From assembly GCA_049300255.1 (NCBI GenBank), contig JBAQJJ010000049.1:43920-107919 (forward strand): a DNA stretch of 64,000 nt, read 5' to 3'. Shown here piece by piece: positions 41,074-51,338 of this stretch. This stretch comes from Thermoplasmata archaeon. GTDB taxonomy: Archaea > Thermoplasmatota > Thermoplasmata > Lutacidiplasmatales > UBA184. Position numbers and translations under genes: made by a program. The notes below the pieces were generated by a model. The model made no database searches. It had not been told where the DNA came from and saw only the letters and a list, made by a program, of their open reading frames with translations. Within the stretch, counting starts at the first letter, position 1; every line of letters begins with the position of its first letter.

Positions 41074-43085
41074 GGAATGCTCACCCGCACGCGCTTCCCA
41101 AGCACCCGCTCCGCTGACTCAAGCACATGATCCACGGTGAATCCGAATTCTCGCTGGAGGATCGGTCCCGGCGCGGAAGCACCGAAATGGTCGATCCCGA
41201 TGGATTCGCCCGTCGCGCCAACGTATCGAGACCAACCCAGCGTACTGCCGGCTTCGACGGAGACTTTCGGGAGGTCCCGCGGCAGGACCGAATCTCGATA
41301 CGCCAGGGATTGTTCGTCGAATATTTTCCAACACGGCAGCGACACGACGCGAGCTTGGATCCCCTTTTCGACCAACCGCCCCTGCGCTTCCAATACGAGT
41401 CCTACTTCCGAGCCCGTTGCAATCAGGATCAATTCCGGACGACCGGAGGGGGCTTCGGACAGCACGTACCCTCCACGTGGGGTTCCCTCCGCTATCGGGT
41501 ATCGGTTCGGGTCCAAAACCGGGACCTTCTGTCGAGTGAAAACTAGCGCCGTCGGGCCCGCACGCTCGACTGCCACCCTCCATGCTGCGACGCTCTCATT
41601 CGCATCCGCGGGCCGAAACAATGTCAGGCCCGGAATCGCGCGCAGGCTGGTCAACTGCTCGATCGGTTGGTGAGTGGGCCCGTCCTCGCCCATTCCGATG
41701 CTGTCGTGCGTGAAGACCAAGACGATGTGAGTCTGCTGCAGCGCCGCGAGTCGAATCGCCCCGCGCGCGTAGTCGGAGAAGACCAGGAATGTTCCGCCAT
41801 AGGGGAGAAGGCCCCCGTGCAGCGCCATGCCGTTGAGGCAGCCGACCATAGCGTGTTCGCGAACACCAAAGTGGAAATTACGTCCGAGAGCGTCGGAAGG
41901 GGAGTAGTCAAGCGAGCCGGGCAACAGGGTCTTCGTCGAGGGAGAAAGGTCAGCGGCGCCACCGAGCAGCGCCGGGAGTTTGGGCGCCAGTGCGTCAAGC
42001 ACTTTTTGGGAAGCATCTCGGGTCGCCATCGGACCGTCGCTCGGCTTGAATGTGGGCAGGGCCGAATCCCAACCCGACGGGAGCGTCCCGGTGAATTGGG
42101 CTTCAATCTGATGTGCGAGCTCCGGTTGCTGGGTGCGGAGTCGATCTCTAAGGGCTTCCCACTCCTGCTGCCACTGAGCACCCCGGCTCATCGCGCCCCG
42201 AAAGTGTGTTCGAACTTCCTCGGGTACGAGGAACGTCGGTTCCAACGGCCAGCCGAGTTTCTCCTTGGTCGCTTTCAGGTTTGCCGGACCCAGCGCCTCA
42301 CCGTGAGCCTCCCGCGTGTCTTGGACCGGGCTTCCGTACCCTATGTGGGTGCGAACACAAATGAGCGAAGGTCGCTTGGTTTCGTCTCGCGCTTGGCGCA
42401 AGGCGGTTTCGATCGCGGTCAAGTCGTTCCCATCGGATACACGCAACACTTGCCAGCCGTAGGCCTCGAAGCGTTTCGGAACGTCTTCCGTGAACGCCCA
42501 GATGGTGGGTCCTTCGAGCGTGACGTGGTTGTCATCGTAGAGGTAGATCAGCTTGCCCAGCCCGAGGGTTCCCGCGAGCGAAGCGGCCTCGGATGCGATC
42601 CCCTCCATCAGGTCCCCATCCGATACGATCCCGTAGGTGTAGTGGTCGACGAGCGGAATGCCGTCTTGATTCCAAGTCGCAGCAAGATGCCGCTCGGCGA
42701 TCGCCATCCCGACGCCCATCGCGAACCCTTGCCCCAATGGACCAGTCGTCGCCTCGACTCCCGCGGTTCGACCATACTCCGGGTGCCCCGGGGTGCGGCT
42801 ACCCCACTGACGAAATTGTTGGAGCTCCGCGATCGGCAGGTCGTAACCGGTGAGGTGGAGCAATGCGTAGAGTAGGGCGGACCCGTGCCCCGCCGAGAGA
42901 ACGAATCGATCTCGATTCGGCCACTGCGGATTGGCCGGATTGTGCCGCAGAAATCTATCCCAAAGAACGTAGGCCATTGGAGCGGCCCCAAGCGGTAGCC
43001 CAGGATGGCCGGACTTCGCCTTCTCCACCGAGTCCACAGCCAGGAATCGAATCGTGTTGATACAGGTCAGGTCCAAGTCGTCCAT
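41070..43085 (-). CDS. tkt: Transketolase
   Basis: 671 aa. TPP-binding motifs ([18 protein letters not shown]), transketolase C-terminal domain. The stop overlaps the tal-pgi start by 4 bp. Confidence 0.92.
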   Translation of the reverse strand: MDDLDLTCINTIRFLAVDSVEKAKSGHPGLPLGAAPMAYVLWDRFLRHNPANPQWPNRDRFVLSAGHGSALLYALLHLTGYDLPIAELQQFRQWGSRTPGHPEYGRTAGVEATTGPLGQGFAMGVGMAIAERHLAATWNQDGIPLVDHYTYGIVSDGDLMEGIASEAASLAGTLGLGKLIYLYDDNHVTLEGPTIWAFTEDVPKRFEAYGWQVLRVSDGNDLTAIETALRQARDETKRPSLICVRTHIGYGSPVQDTREAHGEALGPANLKATKEKLGWPLEPTFLVPEEVRTHFRGAMSRGAQWQQEWEALRDRLRTQQPELAHQIEAQFTGTLPSGWDSALPTFKPSDGPMATRDASQKVLDALAPKLPALLGGAADLSPSTKTLLPGSLDYSPSDALGRNFHFGVREHAMVGCLNGMALHGGLLPYGGTFLVFSDYARGAIRLAALQQTHIVLVFTHDSIGMGEDGPTHQPIEQLTSLRAIPGLTLFRPADANESVAAWRVAVERAGPTALVFTRQKVPVLDPNRYPIAEGTPRGGYVLSEAPSGRPELILIATGSEVGLVLEAQGRLVEKGIQARVVSLPCWKIFDEQSLAYRDSVLPRDLPKVSVEAGSTLGWSRYVGATGESIGIDHFGASAPGPILQREFGFTVDHVLESAERVLGKRVRVSIP

Positions 43086-43102
43086 GTTGACTGCGGGAAC
43101 AC

Positions 43103-43119
43103 AGCATATAGGAAAAGCT
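43103..43119 (-). promoter_or_regulatory. AT-rich TATA-like element (minus-strand sense TTTTCCTATATGCTGT) about 20-35 nt upstream of the tkt start
   Basis: Stands out against 65% GC; the position is consistent with an archaeal TATA box and a short leader. Confidence 0.35.
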
Positions 43120-43313
43120 GACGGGCTGGGATACCAAGTTCAATCCTACACGCGGGCGTCGCCAAGTGAAAGGTCCGAAACCCCCGGGATAAGTAGGCCC
43201 GGGTGCTCCCACGAGTGGCGATGGATTCCTCGCGAGTGCGAGAGCCCGAAAGGACGACGACGGGATTGTGCGGGAATGGTCGCGGATGTAACATGATTCA
43301 CGAGGTGGTGTAG

Positions 43314-44249
43314 ATGGGAGAATCGGTACGTACCGTTAGTCGAAAGTTCCGGGGCGCGGAAACGATGGAAGGAGCCGGGGTCCGCCTCAAGCGGATGTTC
43401 GGAAACAACGAAGTCCCACTCCTCGACCCCTTTCTGCTGCTCGATAACTTCGGGTCGACCAACCCGGCGGACTACGTGAAGGGGTTCCCGTGGCACCCCC
43501 ACCGCGGGCTCGAGACCGTTACGTACATGCTCTCGGGGAAGACCGAGCATGAAGACTCCTTGGGCAATCAGGGCGTCATCGACTCTGGCGATGTTCAGTG
43601 GATGAGCGCGGGAAGCGGCATCATGCACCAAGAGATGCCCAAGCGCACGGAGGGGCTACTCTCGGGTTTTCAACTTTGGGTGAATCTTCCTCACAGCCTC
43701 AAGATGGAGACGCCGTCCTATCGGGGGGTCGGGGCTGTGGACATCCCCGTTGTTCGCGGAGAGGATGGCCGCGTCGTGAAGGTGATCGCCGGTTCGTATG
43801 ACCGCGTCGAAGGGCCAGTCCGGCACATTCCGGTGGACCCGCTCTACCTCGATGTCACGCTGCCCCCCAATACCGAGTTTCAGCACCCGGTCAAGCAGGG
43901 TTACACCGTGTTCGCCCAGGCCATCGATGGGGCGGGTTGCTTCGATCCGATGGGCGCCCCTGCGGTGGGGGAGGAACCCAAGCCGCTCTACAGTGGCTCC
44001 ATCAGTCCTTCCAATGAATCGGTTTCTCGCCCCGGCCATACCGTGCTGTATGGAGACGGGGACACCGTGCGCATCCATGCGCAGGACGGAGGGCTGCGTT
44101 TCATTCTAGTATCGGGCAAGCCGCTGCACGAACCGGTCTCTTGGTACGGCCCGATTGTGATGAATACGCGGGAAGAGATCTTGGAGGCCGTGACGGACCT
44201 TCGAAAGGGAACGTTCATCCGGTCGCAGAAGGTCATCAACGAGGCGTGA
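43314..44249 (+). CDS. Pirin-family bicupin protein
   Basis: Cupin His motifs (HPHRGLETVTYML ... MHQEMP), 311 aa, typical pirin architecture. Confidence 0.85.
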   Translation: MGESVRTVSRKFRGAETMEGAGVRLKRMFGNNEVPLLDPFLLLDNFGSTNPADYVKGFPWHPHRGLETVTYMLSGKTEHEDSLGNQGVIDSGDVQWMSAGSGIMHQEMPKRTEGLLSGFQLWVNLPHSLKMETPSYRGVGAVDIPVVRGEDGRVVKVIAGSYDRVEGPVRHIPVDPLYLDVTLPPNTEFQHPVKQGYTVFAQAIDGAGCFDPMGAPAVGEEPKPLYSGSISPSNESVSRPGHTVLYGDGDTVRIHAQDGGLRFILVSGKPLHEPVSWYGPIVMNTREEILEAVTDLRKGTFIRSQKVINEA

Positions 44250-44448
44250 CGGTTCTTTCGACTGCGATCCGCTCCCCGAAGGGCCCTCCACCGGACCCCG
44301 AGGGCTGCAGCACGGCCTATTTAGTTCGCGCCGGAATGCAGCGGCCCGTGCGGAGTAGCCCTTTCTATGTCGGTTCGACGAGCGGATACAATGGGGTTTG
44401 CGAATTTCACCGGGGAATCCGTTCTCATAACGCCGCCGGCGTGAGAGC

Positions 44449-45306
44449 ATGACCCCTTCTCCGTCAAATTTCACGCTCCGCGTTCGCTGGGGAATTTTCT
44501 GCCTCGCGCGAATCTGCCTCGCCTATTTTGCCCACCCGGATCCGCCGCCAGTTTGGCGGTACTTCGCTTCCAGTCTCGTCGATGCGCGAGCGCGAGTGCA
44601 TTCTCTGGCGCTTCTCAGCGCGCTCGAATGCGACCGCGATAAGGCGGCGGTCGAAAAACTCGAATTCATCCGGGACACCCTGCCGAACGCACGGCTGACC
44701 GCCTCTCGGTGGGACGTCTTGGACATCGCCTTACAACGGGTGACCTTGGACGGATTCTACGCAGAATTCGGCGTGGCCGATGGCCAGAGCCTGCGTTTCA
44801 TCTGCCAGCGCGTGAACCGACCCGTCTACGGGTTCGATTCGTTTCGAGGGCTCCCGGAGTACTGGAAGCCGGGCGTTTGGCCCGGCACTTTTGCGCGCCC
44901 GCGTGGAATGCCGCCCGCGGTACCGAAAAACGCTGTTGTCGTTTCGGGCTATTTCGACCAAACGCTTCCCGGTTTCATACAAGGTCTCGATGCTCGGCCG
45001 GCGGCATTCCTCCATTTGGACGCCGACCTGTACTCGTCCACGACGACCGTCCTCTCGGCCCTTCGAGAGCGCATCGTACCGGGCACGATCCTCGTCTTCG
45101 ATGACTACTTCGGCTATCCGGGATGGAAATCGGGGGGCGAATTCTTGGCGTTCGCCGAGTTCCTCGCTGTCTCTGGCTACCCGTTCGAGTATCTCGCGTG
45201 TAATGCCGCCGGTCAACAGGTCGCGGCGCAGATCCTTCCGAAATCGGAGGGCTCCGATCGGTCGTCCAGCGGAGTGCCTCAGCAGGTCCCAGCAGGGAGC
45301 GTATAG
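44449..45306 (+). CDS. Class I SAM-dependent O-methyltransferase, TylF/MycF (macrocin O-methyltransferase) family
   Basis: FYAEFGVADGQSLRF ... LHLDADLYSSTTTVL ... GTILVFDDY matches the TylF-family pattern (from memory). Confidence 0.65.
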   Translation: MTPSPSNFTLRVRWGIFCLARICLAYFAHPDPPPVWRYFASSLVDARARVHSLALLSALECDRDKAAVEKLEFIRDTLPNARLTASRWDVLDIALQRVTLDGFYAEFGVADGQSLRFICQRVNRPVYGFDSFRGLPEYWKPGVWPGTFARPRGMPPAVPKNAVVVSGYFDQTLPGFIQGLDARPAAFLHLDADLYSSTTTVLSALRERIVPGTILVFDDYFGYPGWKSGGEFLAFAEFLAVSGYPFEYLACNAAGQQVAAQILPKSEGSDRSSSGVPQQVPAGSV

Positions 45307-45872
45307 TTGTACCGGCTTCCGTTACGATCGTGCGCCACTTCGATCGAACACTCGTCGCCCGGGTACATGATCCAAGTCGCACCGGAGCCCGGGAGTCCCA
45401 AGCCGTCGCCGAAACCGTGAATGACGATCGTCGTATTGTTCCAACTGAAGTAGAATAGTCCAATCGCGTTCGTCGCCGTGCAGATACCGTGGGAGCCGAA
45501 GAATCGCCCCGCGGCCCATTGGCCCTGCCCCCAATCCAAGATACGAAGGCTCGGTCCGTCGATCGCGCCTCCGCAATCGTAGGTGTCCTTTCCCGTGTAG
45601 CCATACGGAGCGAGCGAGACGTAGTGGGGGTCGGTCCCGAAGCACTGGCCCCTGATCGTGATCGAGTTCGAAAGTGATTTGAACGTGACTCCGGTTACCG
45701 ATTCAATCCTGACGTAGCACTTGGCGGCCGCAGTCGAAGGCGAGTGCACTAAGGACCCTCCACGAACTTCGACCAACCCGGCCTGCAGGAGCAGGACCCC
45801 TATGCAAAGAATCGCTACTACGAGGGTCCACGCAGCGCCGAGAACGCTACCCGACCGTTGGAATCTCGTCAT
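45279..45872 (-). CDS. Secreted/membrane-anchored Cys-containing hypothetical protein
   Basis: N-terminal hydrophobic signal/anchor (AAWTLVVAILCIGVLLLQAG), 6 Cys, N-x-T sequons; no family recognised. Confidence 0.35.
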   Translation of the reverse strand: MTRFQRSGSVLGAAWTLVVAILCIGVLLLQAGLVEVRGGSLVHSPSTAAAKCYVRIESVTGVTFKSLSNSITIRGQCFGTDPHYVSLAPYGYTGKDTYDCGGAIDGPSLRILDWGQGQWAAGRFFGSHGICTATNAIGLFYFSWNNTTIVIHGFGDGLGLPGSGATWIMYPGDECSIEVAHDRNGSRYNYTLPAGTC

Positions 45873-46067
45873 GCCGGAAGCCCCGACCCGTACGCGATTC
45901 GGCGCGACGGGATCGCTTCTCTCGCGGGGTGAGGTGCGGAAGTACGCCAAAGACCCCTCTCAATAACTACTTTCGGAGGACTCTCGACTTTCGCCGAAAC
46001 GGCGCGGACTGTGGAGCCCTCATGGCGAACGAGCCGAGCTAACACGTCAATCGAATCGACCCTGGGT

Positions 46068-47225
46068 TCATGAGAGCCCCATCGGTGCTCTGACCTTCTC
46101 CGACTCGGCCCCAGGGCGTCGCGCGACTGACTGGTACACCGCGAGATAGCGATCGATCATGCGCTCGGGAGTATAGGCCCGAACCGCCTCTCGCCCCACC
46201 GCGCCCATCGACTCGAGTTGAGCAGGCGGGACCTTCAGCCTCTCGATCAACTCGTCCTCACTCTGGACACTGAAACCGGCGCCCGTGCGGCTCAACTCTC
46301 GCGCCGCACCGGTATCGAAGGCGATGAAGGGGCGGCCCGCCGCCATCGCCTCGAGCAAGCTGACGCCGAACCCTTCGAACGCGCTCCCTTGCAGGTACGC
46401 GTCGGCCGCGAACATCGCCGAGACCACCACCGACCTCGGCTGAGCCCCTAGAAAACGAACCGGAGCGGCCAACTGCCTGGCCAGCTGTTCGCAGTGGGCT
46501 CGATCGTAAGGAGAATCCGGACCGTCGCCGCCGATCACTACGAGTCCCCATTCCCCATGAGTCGCCGTTACAGCACGGATCAAACGGTCAACCCGCTTGT
46601 TATCGAAGAGTGCGCCGACAAACAGGCCGATACGAGGAGTAGGGAGTCCCCAGCCGGCGCGGAGCGCCCGGACGTTGTTCGGTGGGGAGGTGAATTCGAC
46701 GAGGTCGACCGAAGCAGGGATGACCTCGATTCGATCCAACGGATAGCCCCAGCTGACGGCTTGGTCGCGTTCGCCTTCCGTGTGAGCCGAGTACGCACCG
46801 AATGCCCGGAGGCGGCCCGGAAAGTAATGCTGGTAGTAGAGCCAACGAACGAACCCTCGCCGCATCCAGTAGTGATAGAATCCGTGCGGTGTGATCACTT
46901 GGGGCCACGAAAACGACCGCGCCCAAGGCAGGTAGTAGTCCACACACCAGATTCGATTTCCGTGGAGGTGGAACACATCCGCCGGCAATGACCGAAGGAG
47001 GGCGAGGTACCCACGCGGAATTCGGAATCGCCCGAACTTTCGCATCTCGATCCGAATGACGGTTACTCCGTGGAGCGCCTCCCGGGCGGGCGCGCCCGGT
47101 TCGGCCTGGGTCACGACGGTGACTTCGTGACCCCGCAGCGCGGCTCCTTCTGCAATCACTTGAGCGGTCCGTTCGCTCCCACCGGTCGCTGGAAAATATC
47201 GATGGATCGCTATGACAATTCGCAC
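46068..47225 (-). CDS. Glycosyltransferase family 4 (GT-B, RfaB-like)
   Basis: 385 aa; C-terminal GT4 signature region (GLSVGSN.../ EGFGVSLLEAMAAGRPFIAFDTGAARE). Confidence 0.85.
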   Translation of the reverse strand: MRIVIAIHRYFPATGGSERTAQVIAEGAALRGHEVTVVTQAEPGAPAREALHGVTVIRIEMRKFGRFRIPRGYLALLRSLPADVFHLHGNRIWCVDYYLPWARSFSWPQVITPHGFYHYWMRRGFVRWLYYQHYFPGRLRAFGAYSAHTEGERDQAVSWGYPLDRIEVIPASVDLVEFTSPPNNVRALRAGWGLPTPRIGLFVGALFDNKRVDRLIRAVTATHGEWGLVVIGGDGPDSPYDRAHCEQLARQLAAPVRFLGAQPRSVVVSAMFAADAYLQGSAFEGFGVSLLEAMAAGRPFIAFDTGAARELSRTGAGFSVQSEDELIERLKVPPAQLESMGAVGREAVRAYTPERMIDRYLAVYQSVARRPGAESEKVRAPMGLS

Positions 47226-47326
47226 AGCGTTACCCGTCCGTCGAACGCCCCCTTCGCGTAAATGTTTGCGTCCCGGGCACCCACCCTCAAACGCTATGCG
47301 CCCCTAACCCGAGGCGTCGCGGCTGT

Positions 47327-48139
47327 ATGGGGGAAGCTTCCAGTTCGGCGGCCACGACTGCTCCGAATCCAGCCACCCTGAGGGGCGGTCTGATCTTTTG
47401 CGAGAACTGTGGGAAAGAAACGCTCCATCGAATCGTCAAGGTCACCGATCCTCGATCGCGCCGCGTCGAAGGGTTGGCGCGGTGCAACGATTGTCGATGG
47501 ACTCATCCATTCTCTATCCAACGCGCGGAACTGCGGACGATTCGCCAGATCGTTTCACACGGGAAAGTATCAGAGGCAGCGTCCGTTCGCTTGCCGATCA
47601 CCGAACGGCTCGCGGTTGGTCACCGAGTTCCAGAATCCGCTCCCGCAATGCGGATTCTCCGCATCGATACCCGCACGGGGCACCGGGTCTCATCCGAAAC
47701 GGTTGGCCACATCAGTGCGATCTGGGTCACCCCCGACGAAGGGAGCGCCGTGCCCGTCTCGATCGTTGAAGGGAGGCGCACACGCCCAGCCCGCATCGTT
47801 CTGCCAGCCCAGACGCTCCTCACGGTCGGGGAGGAGATTCGCGTGGAAGGAGATCGCCTCTTCATCGCCGCGCTTCGCGCGCGCGGACGGACGTGGCGAC
47901 GCGAGGACGACGGCTTTGAAGCGCGTGAGGTGCAGCGAATCTACGCGCGACGAACGTCGATCCCACCTGCGGGCAACAGCGACTGGAGTCGCGGACGGGA
48001 GATGCCGAGGTCGCGGGCCAGCGCCACTTCGCGCTCATCACGTTCCCGCTCGAGTCCCGGCGTCAGCAGGAACCGGATTTTGCCCCGCGCGCGCACCGCC
48101 GGGGGCGGGGCCACCGTCCACAACGACTCCCCCTTGTAG
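47327..48139 (+). CDS. N-terminal C4 zinc-ribbon protein (HVO_0476-like family?), C-terminal extent uncertain
   Basis: CENCGK...CNDCRW zinc ribbon followed by a conserved-looking about 170-aa domain. The last about 65 aa are Arg/Ser low-complexity and overlap the convergent NFACT gene. Confidence 0.4.
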   Translation: MGEASSSAATTAPNPATLRGGLIFCENCGKETLHRIVKVTDPRSRRVEGLARCNDCRWTHPFSIQRAELRTIRQIVSHGKVSEAASVRLPITERLAVGHRVPESAPAMRILRIDTRTGHRVSSETVGHISAIWVTPDEGSAVPVSIVEGRRTRPARIVLPAQTLLTVGEEIRVEGDRLFIAALRARGRTWRREDDGFEAREVQRIYARRTSIPPAGNSDWSRGREMPRSRASATSRSSRSRSSPGVSRNRILPRARTAGGGATVHNDSPL

Positions 48140-49857
48140 TCGATCTCTCCAATGGCGAGTTGTAGTGGAAGGTCCGGCAGGACGTGCTTGGTCCCATGAA
48201 TGACCCATGCCCCTTTCGCGACGAACTCGCCGCTGGCTCCGGATTTGGAGACCTGATCGTAGGCGACCCAGAAGGCCGCCGCGGACGCAAGTCCGGCGCG
48301 CCAGGCCTTCGAGTAGGCGACCGCCCACTGCGCGGCTTCGCGATACGTGGTTTCCGATAGATCCGGATCGCCCGGAGCAGGGTGCTTCACGATAACGCTC
48401 GCGGCGCCGTGGATGTCCGCGTGGAGATAGATGTCGCCCTCGCGCAAGTAGCGCCGAACGACATAGTCGTTGGTCGTCGCGTCCCGGCCGGCCACCACGA
48501 TCGCTCCCTCGGAGGAGATGAACCAACGATACTTTTCGAACCAGTGGGCTTTGCGTGGTGGGGCCGTCGTCGACTGTACGCGCACCCGTTCTGCCTTCGC
48601 GGCCTCGGCGTCCGTCGAATCCCGAATTCGCGACTCGGTCTCGGCGAGCGCGGCGGACGCACCGCTCAACTTTGCCTGAACTCGCTTTCCCTCGTCGTAG
48701 AGGGCCTGGGCCGATTCCCGAATCGTCCGATCCCGGTAGACTGATACGGTGCGCCCGTCCACCGAAATCGCGACGTGCCGGTCTCGCTCACCGCTCGCTC
48801 GGCTTGCCTCTGTCAGCGCGTTTTCGGCCTCGGTATAGTGGGAGAACAGAGTATCGGCCTGAGCTTGGAGCTCGGCGACCTCAGTTCGTAGCTGCGTTAC
48901 CGCCGAAATTTGTTGGTCCCGCTGGCGCAGGAGCTCTCGATTCGGCCCCGACTCACGTTCGGGAACGGAGGGGGCCACAATCGCCAGGCCGTTAAAGAAT
49001 TCCTGAGCGGCTTCGCCGAAGGTCGGCGTGCTGCGCTCCTCGACACCGGGTACATTCGACCACCGCGCGGATCGAAATGGTTCGACATCGACGATCGAAT
49101 CGTTGCTCCAATACAGGTAGCCCTTAGGGCGCTCCCCCAATTCCGCGAGTAGCTCTCGAATCGTTCGATGCACTTCCCCGGCCGCCGGGCCGGCGTCGAC
49201 CGAGGCGGGCGTCAATCCATCGAGGTGCGCGCGGGCAATCACCTCCTCTGCGAGGGGACCGCCAAGCGCCAAGCGGGCCGCGAGGGTGTGAGTGCGGTCG
49301 TTTCGCGACCGCTGAAACTCCGACTCGAGCTCGCTGGCGGAGGCAGTCCACGGGTTCAATCGCACCGGGGGTCGCTGGTAAGCCGCTCCCCTTCGTACGG
49401 CTCGGTGCGCCCAAGTCTTGGCGTGCGCGACGGCCACGATGATCCCCGCGCGTGCGACGAGCAGGTTGCCCGTCCCGAACATTTCCAGCGCCAACGTGAG
49501 CCCCTCGGGGGAATCGGCGCGCTGGAATTGCACCTCCAAGTACCGTTCGCCCCCGGGTTCTGCGACCTCCGTGGCCACGGCCCCGGAGAGCAACCGGCGC
49601 AGGTCGCGTGCCATCGGGGTGAGCTCCTCCGTATGAGCCATCGGCTCCGGGATGAGGGCTGCGTAGCGGCCGGGGACCAGGACCAGTTCGCGTCGGCCTT
49701 CTCCGGCGACCCGCAGTGAGAGGATCCAACCCCCTCCGATGCGGTCGAAGACTTTGTCGACGCGCCACCGACCGAGGGCACGCAGCTCCCGTACCACGGC
49801 GAGCGTGTCGAGGGACGTAAATCGATCCTTGAGCGACGGGGCCGCGGACAGAGCCAT
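47941..49857 (-). CDS. NFACT-family protein (archaeal Rqc2/NEMF/FbpA homolog; ribosome quality control)
   Basis: NFACT-N (MALSAAPSLKDRFTSLDTLAVVRELRALG), coiled-coil middle, NFACT-R/DUF814 (FWVAYDQVSKSGASGEF.. HGTKHV). Start chosen at the internal Met. Confidence 0.8.
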   Translation of the reverse strand: MALSAAPSLKDRFTSLDTLAVVRELRALGRWRVDKVFDRIGGGWILSLRVAGEGRRELVLVPGRYAALIPEPMAHTEELTPMARDLRRLLSGAVATEVAEPGGERYLEVQFQRADSPEGLTLALEMFGTGNLLVARAGIIVAVAHAKTWAHRAVRRGAAYQRPPVRLNPWTASASELESEFQRSRNDRTHTLAARLALGGPLAEEVIARAHLDGLTPASVDAGPAAGEVHRTIRELLAELGERPKGYLYWSNDSIVDVEPFRSARWSNVPGVEERSTPTFGEAAQEFFNGLAIVAPSVPERESGPNRELLRQRDQQISAVTQLRTEVAELQAQADTLFSHYTEAENALTEASRASGERDRHVAISVDGRTVSVYRDRTIRESAQALYDEGKRVQAKLSGASAALAETESRIRDSTDAEAAKAERVRVQSTTAPPRKAHWFEKYRWFISSEGAIVVAGRDATTNDYVVRRYLREGDIYLHADIHGAASVIVKHPAPGDPDLSETTYREAAQWAVAYSKAWRAGLASAAAFWVAYDQVSKSGASGEFVAKGAWVIHGTKHVLPDLPLQLAIGEIDYKGESLWTVAPPPAVRARGKIRFLLTPGLERERDEREVALARDLGISRPRLQSLLPAGGIDVRRA

Positions 49858-49990
49858 GACGTCTCGGGTCCCACCGCATGAGGCAGTCAATAAGAGTTCC
49901 TTAGTCCCTAGGTCAGGGCACACTCGAAAGAGTGTTTGGGTCATCGAAATGCGAGGGTCGAATTGTTCGGCCGGTGGAGGACGGTGATCC

Positions 49991-51157
49991 ATGAATATCC
50001 TGCGAATCAACGGTTGGGATGGACCCGGCTTTGGTGGCGCCGAAATCTACATAAAACGCATCAACCCGATACTTGAGGCTCTGGGACATCACACCACGAC
50101 GGCTGTGATCGTGACGGACCCACCTCCCAGTAGTTTGGGGCCGATCGAGACCTTCCTCGTTCCACACTCGATCGCGCGTCAAGCGGTAGGGAGCCTGCTG
50201 GCGCCGGGGGCCTTGACCGATTGGCTCGACCGGGTGGCAGCCAAGGCGAAGCCCGATCTCATTCATCTTCACCACTTTCGTGCTGGCTTCCCGGCCCTGG
50301 GACCCTGGCTCGCCCGACGGAGCGAGCCAATCGTGTTTACCGCGCACGATGTCGAACTCGTCTGCCCAATCGCGACACTAACGCTCCCGGATGGCTCATC
50401 ATGCCGGGGAGGGGTACTCCCTCGGTGTCAATTCACGGGATGCAAAGTCGGCTATGGACTGCCCGTGAATTTAGCAGAGCGGTACTACTTTGACAGGTAT
50501 GTGAAGCGCAAGATTTCCACGTACATCGCGGTGAGCCATGCGACGCAAATCGCCCTCGACACAAACGGCTATTCTCCGACTGCGCTGGTGCGCCCCATGA
50601 TCCCCTTCCCTGACGCTCCTGTCTCGGCGCCATCGGGCCCGTTTACTTTGGGCTTCTTCGGTCGATTGGCCTGGTTCAAGGGGATTGACGTCTTGTTAGA
50701 GGCTTTCGACCTCGTGCGGGTTACCCATCCTGATACTCGCCTAAGAATCGCCGGAGAAGGGCCTCATCCCATAAGCCCCAGGGAGGGTATGACCCTGGAC
50801 GGTTGGATCGGGAATAGTCGCGACTGGTTCTCCCAGATCCATCTCTTGATCGTGCCTTCGCTCGGATGGGAGAACTTGGGCAACTCGCCAATCGAAGCGC
50901 TGGGCTGGGGGGTGCCTGTGATTGTCTCTCGGTCCGGCGGTTTGCCTGAAACTGTGGGAGAATTCGGTACCGTGGTCCCGCAAAAGGACGCAAGCGCACT
51001 TGCGGCTGCTATCATCCGGACGATCGACGATTATTCTGCAGCTCGCGAACTCGCGCGGCGTGGCCGGGAATGGGTCCGCGATGAGTACTCAGTTGAGGCT
51101 CATCTATCGCGCCTCCTCACGATCTACGAGGGCGCACTTCGCTCGGAAACCCGATAG
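49991..51157 (+). CDS. Glycosyltransferase family 4
   Basis: 388 aa. GT4 C-terminal motif region (PSLGWENLGNSPIEALGWGVPVIVSRSGGLPE). Confidence 0.85.
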   Translation: MNILRINGWDGPGFGGAEIYIKRINPILEALGHHTTTAVIVTDPPPSSLGPIETFLVPHSIARQAVGSLLAPGALTDWLDRVAAKAKPDLIHLHHFRAGFPALGPWLARRSEPIVFTAHDVELVCPIATLTLPDGSSCRGGVLPRCQFTGCKVGYGLPVNLAERYYFDRYVKRKISTYIAVSHATQIALDTNGYSPTALVRPMIPFPDAPVSAPSGPFTLGFFGRLAWFKGIDVLLEAFDLVRVTHPDTRLRIAGEGPHPISPREGMTLDGWIGNSRDWFSQIHLLIVPSLGWENLGNSPIEALGWGVPVIVSRSGGLPETVGEFGTVVPQKDASALAAAIIRTIDDYSAARELARRGREWVRDEYSVEAHLSRLLTIYEGALRSETR

Positions 51158-51338
51158 CCTCCCCAGTGACTCAACTTGCGCGGAGTCTCGAGTCGCCATC
51201 CAAACCTCGAATTCATAGCTCCGTTCTACTCCGCCGATCGCGTCTCGGCCCGGTAAGTGTCGATTGCCGAAGCTGCGGGCGCCCGGCGACCCTTGCCCCC
51301 ATCGAACAGCTTATCAGACCGGATGCTCGCCCTGCGAC

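Noticed and set aside
43125-43160. tRNA-like 3' end (TTCAATC T-loop-like followed by ...CGCCA)
   Set aside because: Flanking 5-nt stems are not complementary (ccaag / ctaca); no D-arm or acceptor pairing found.
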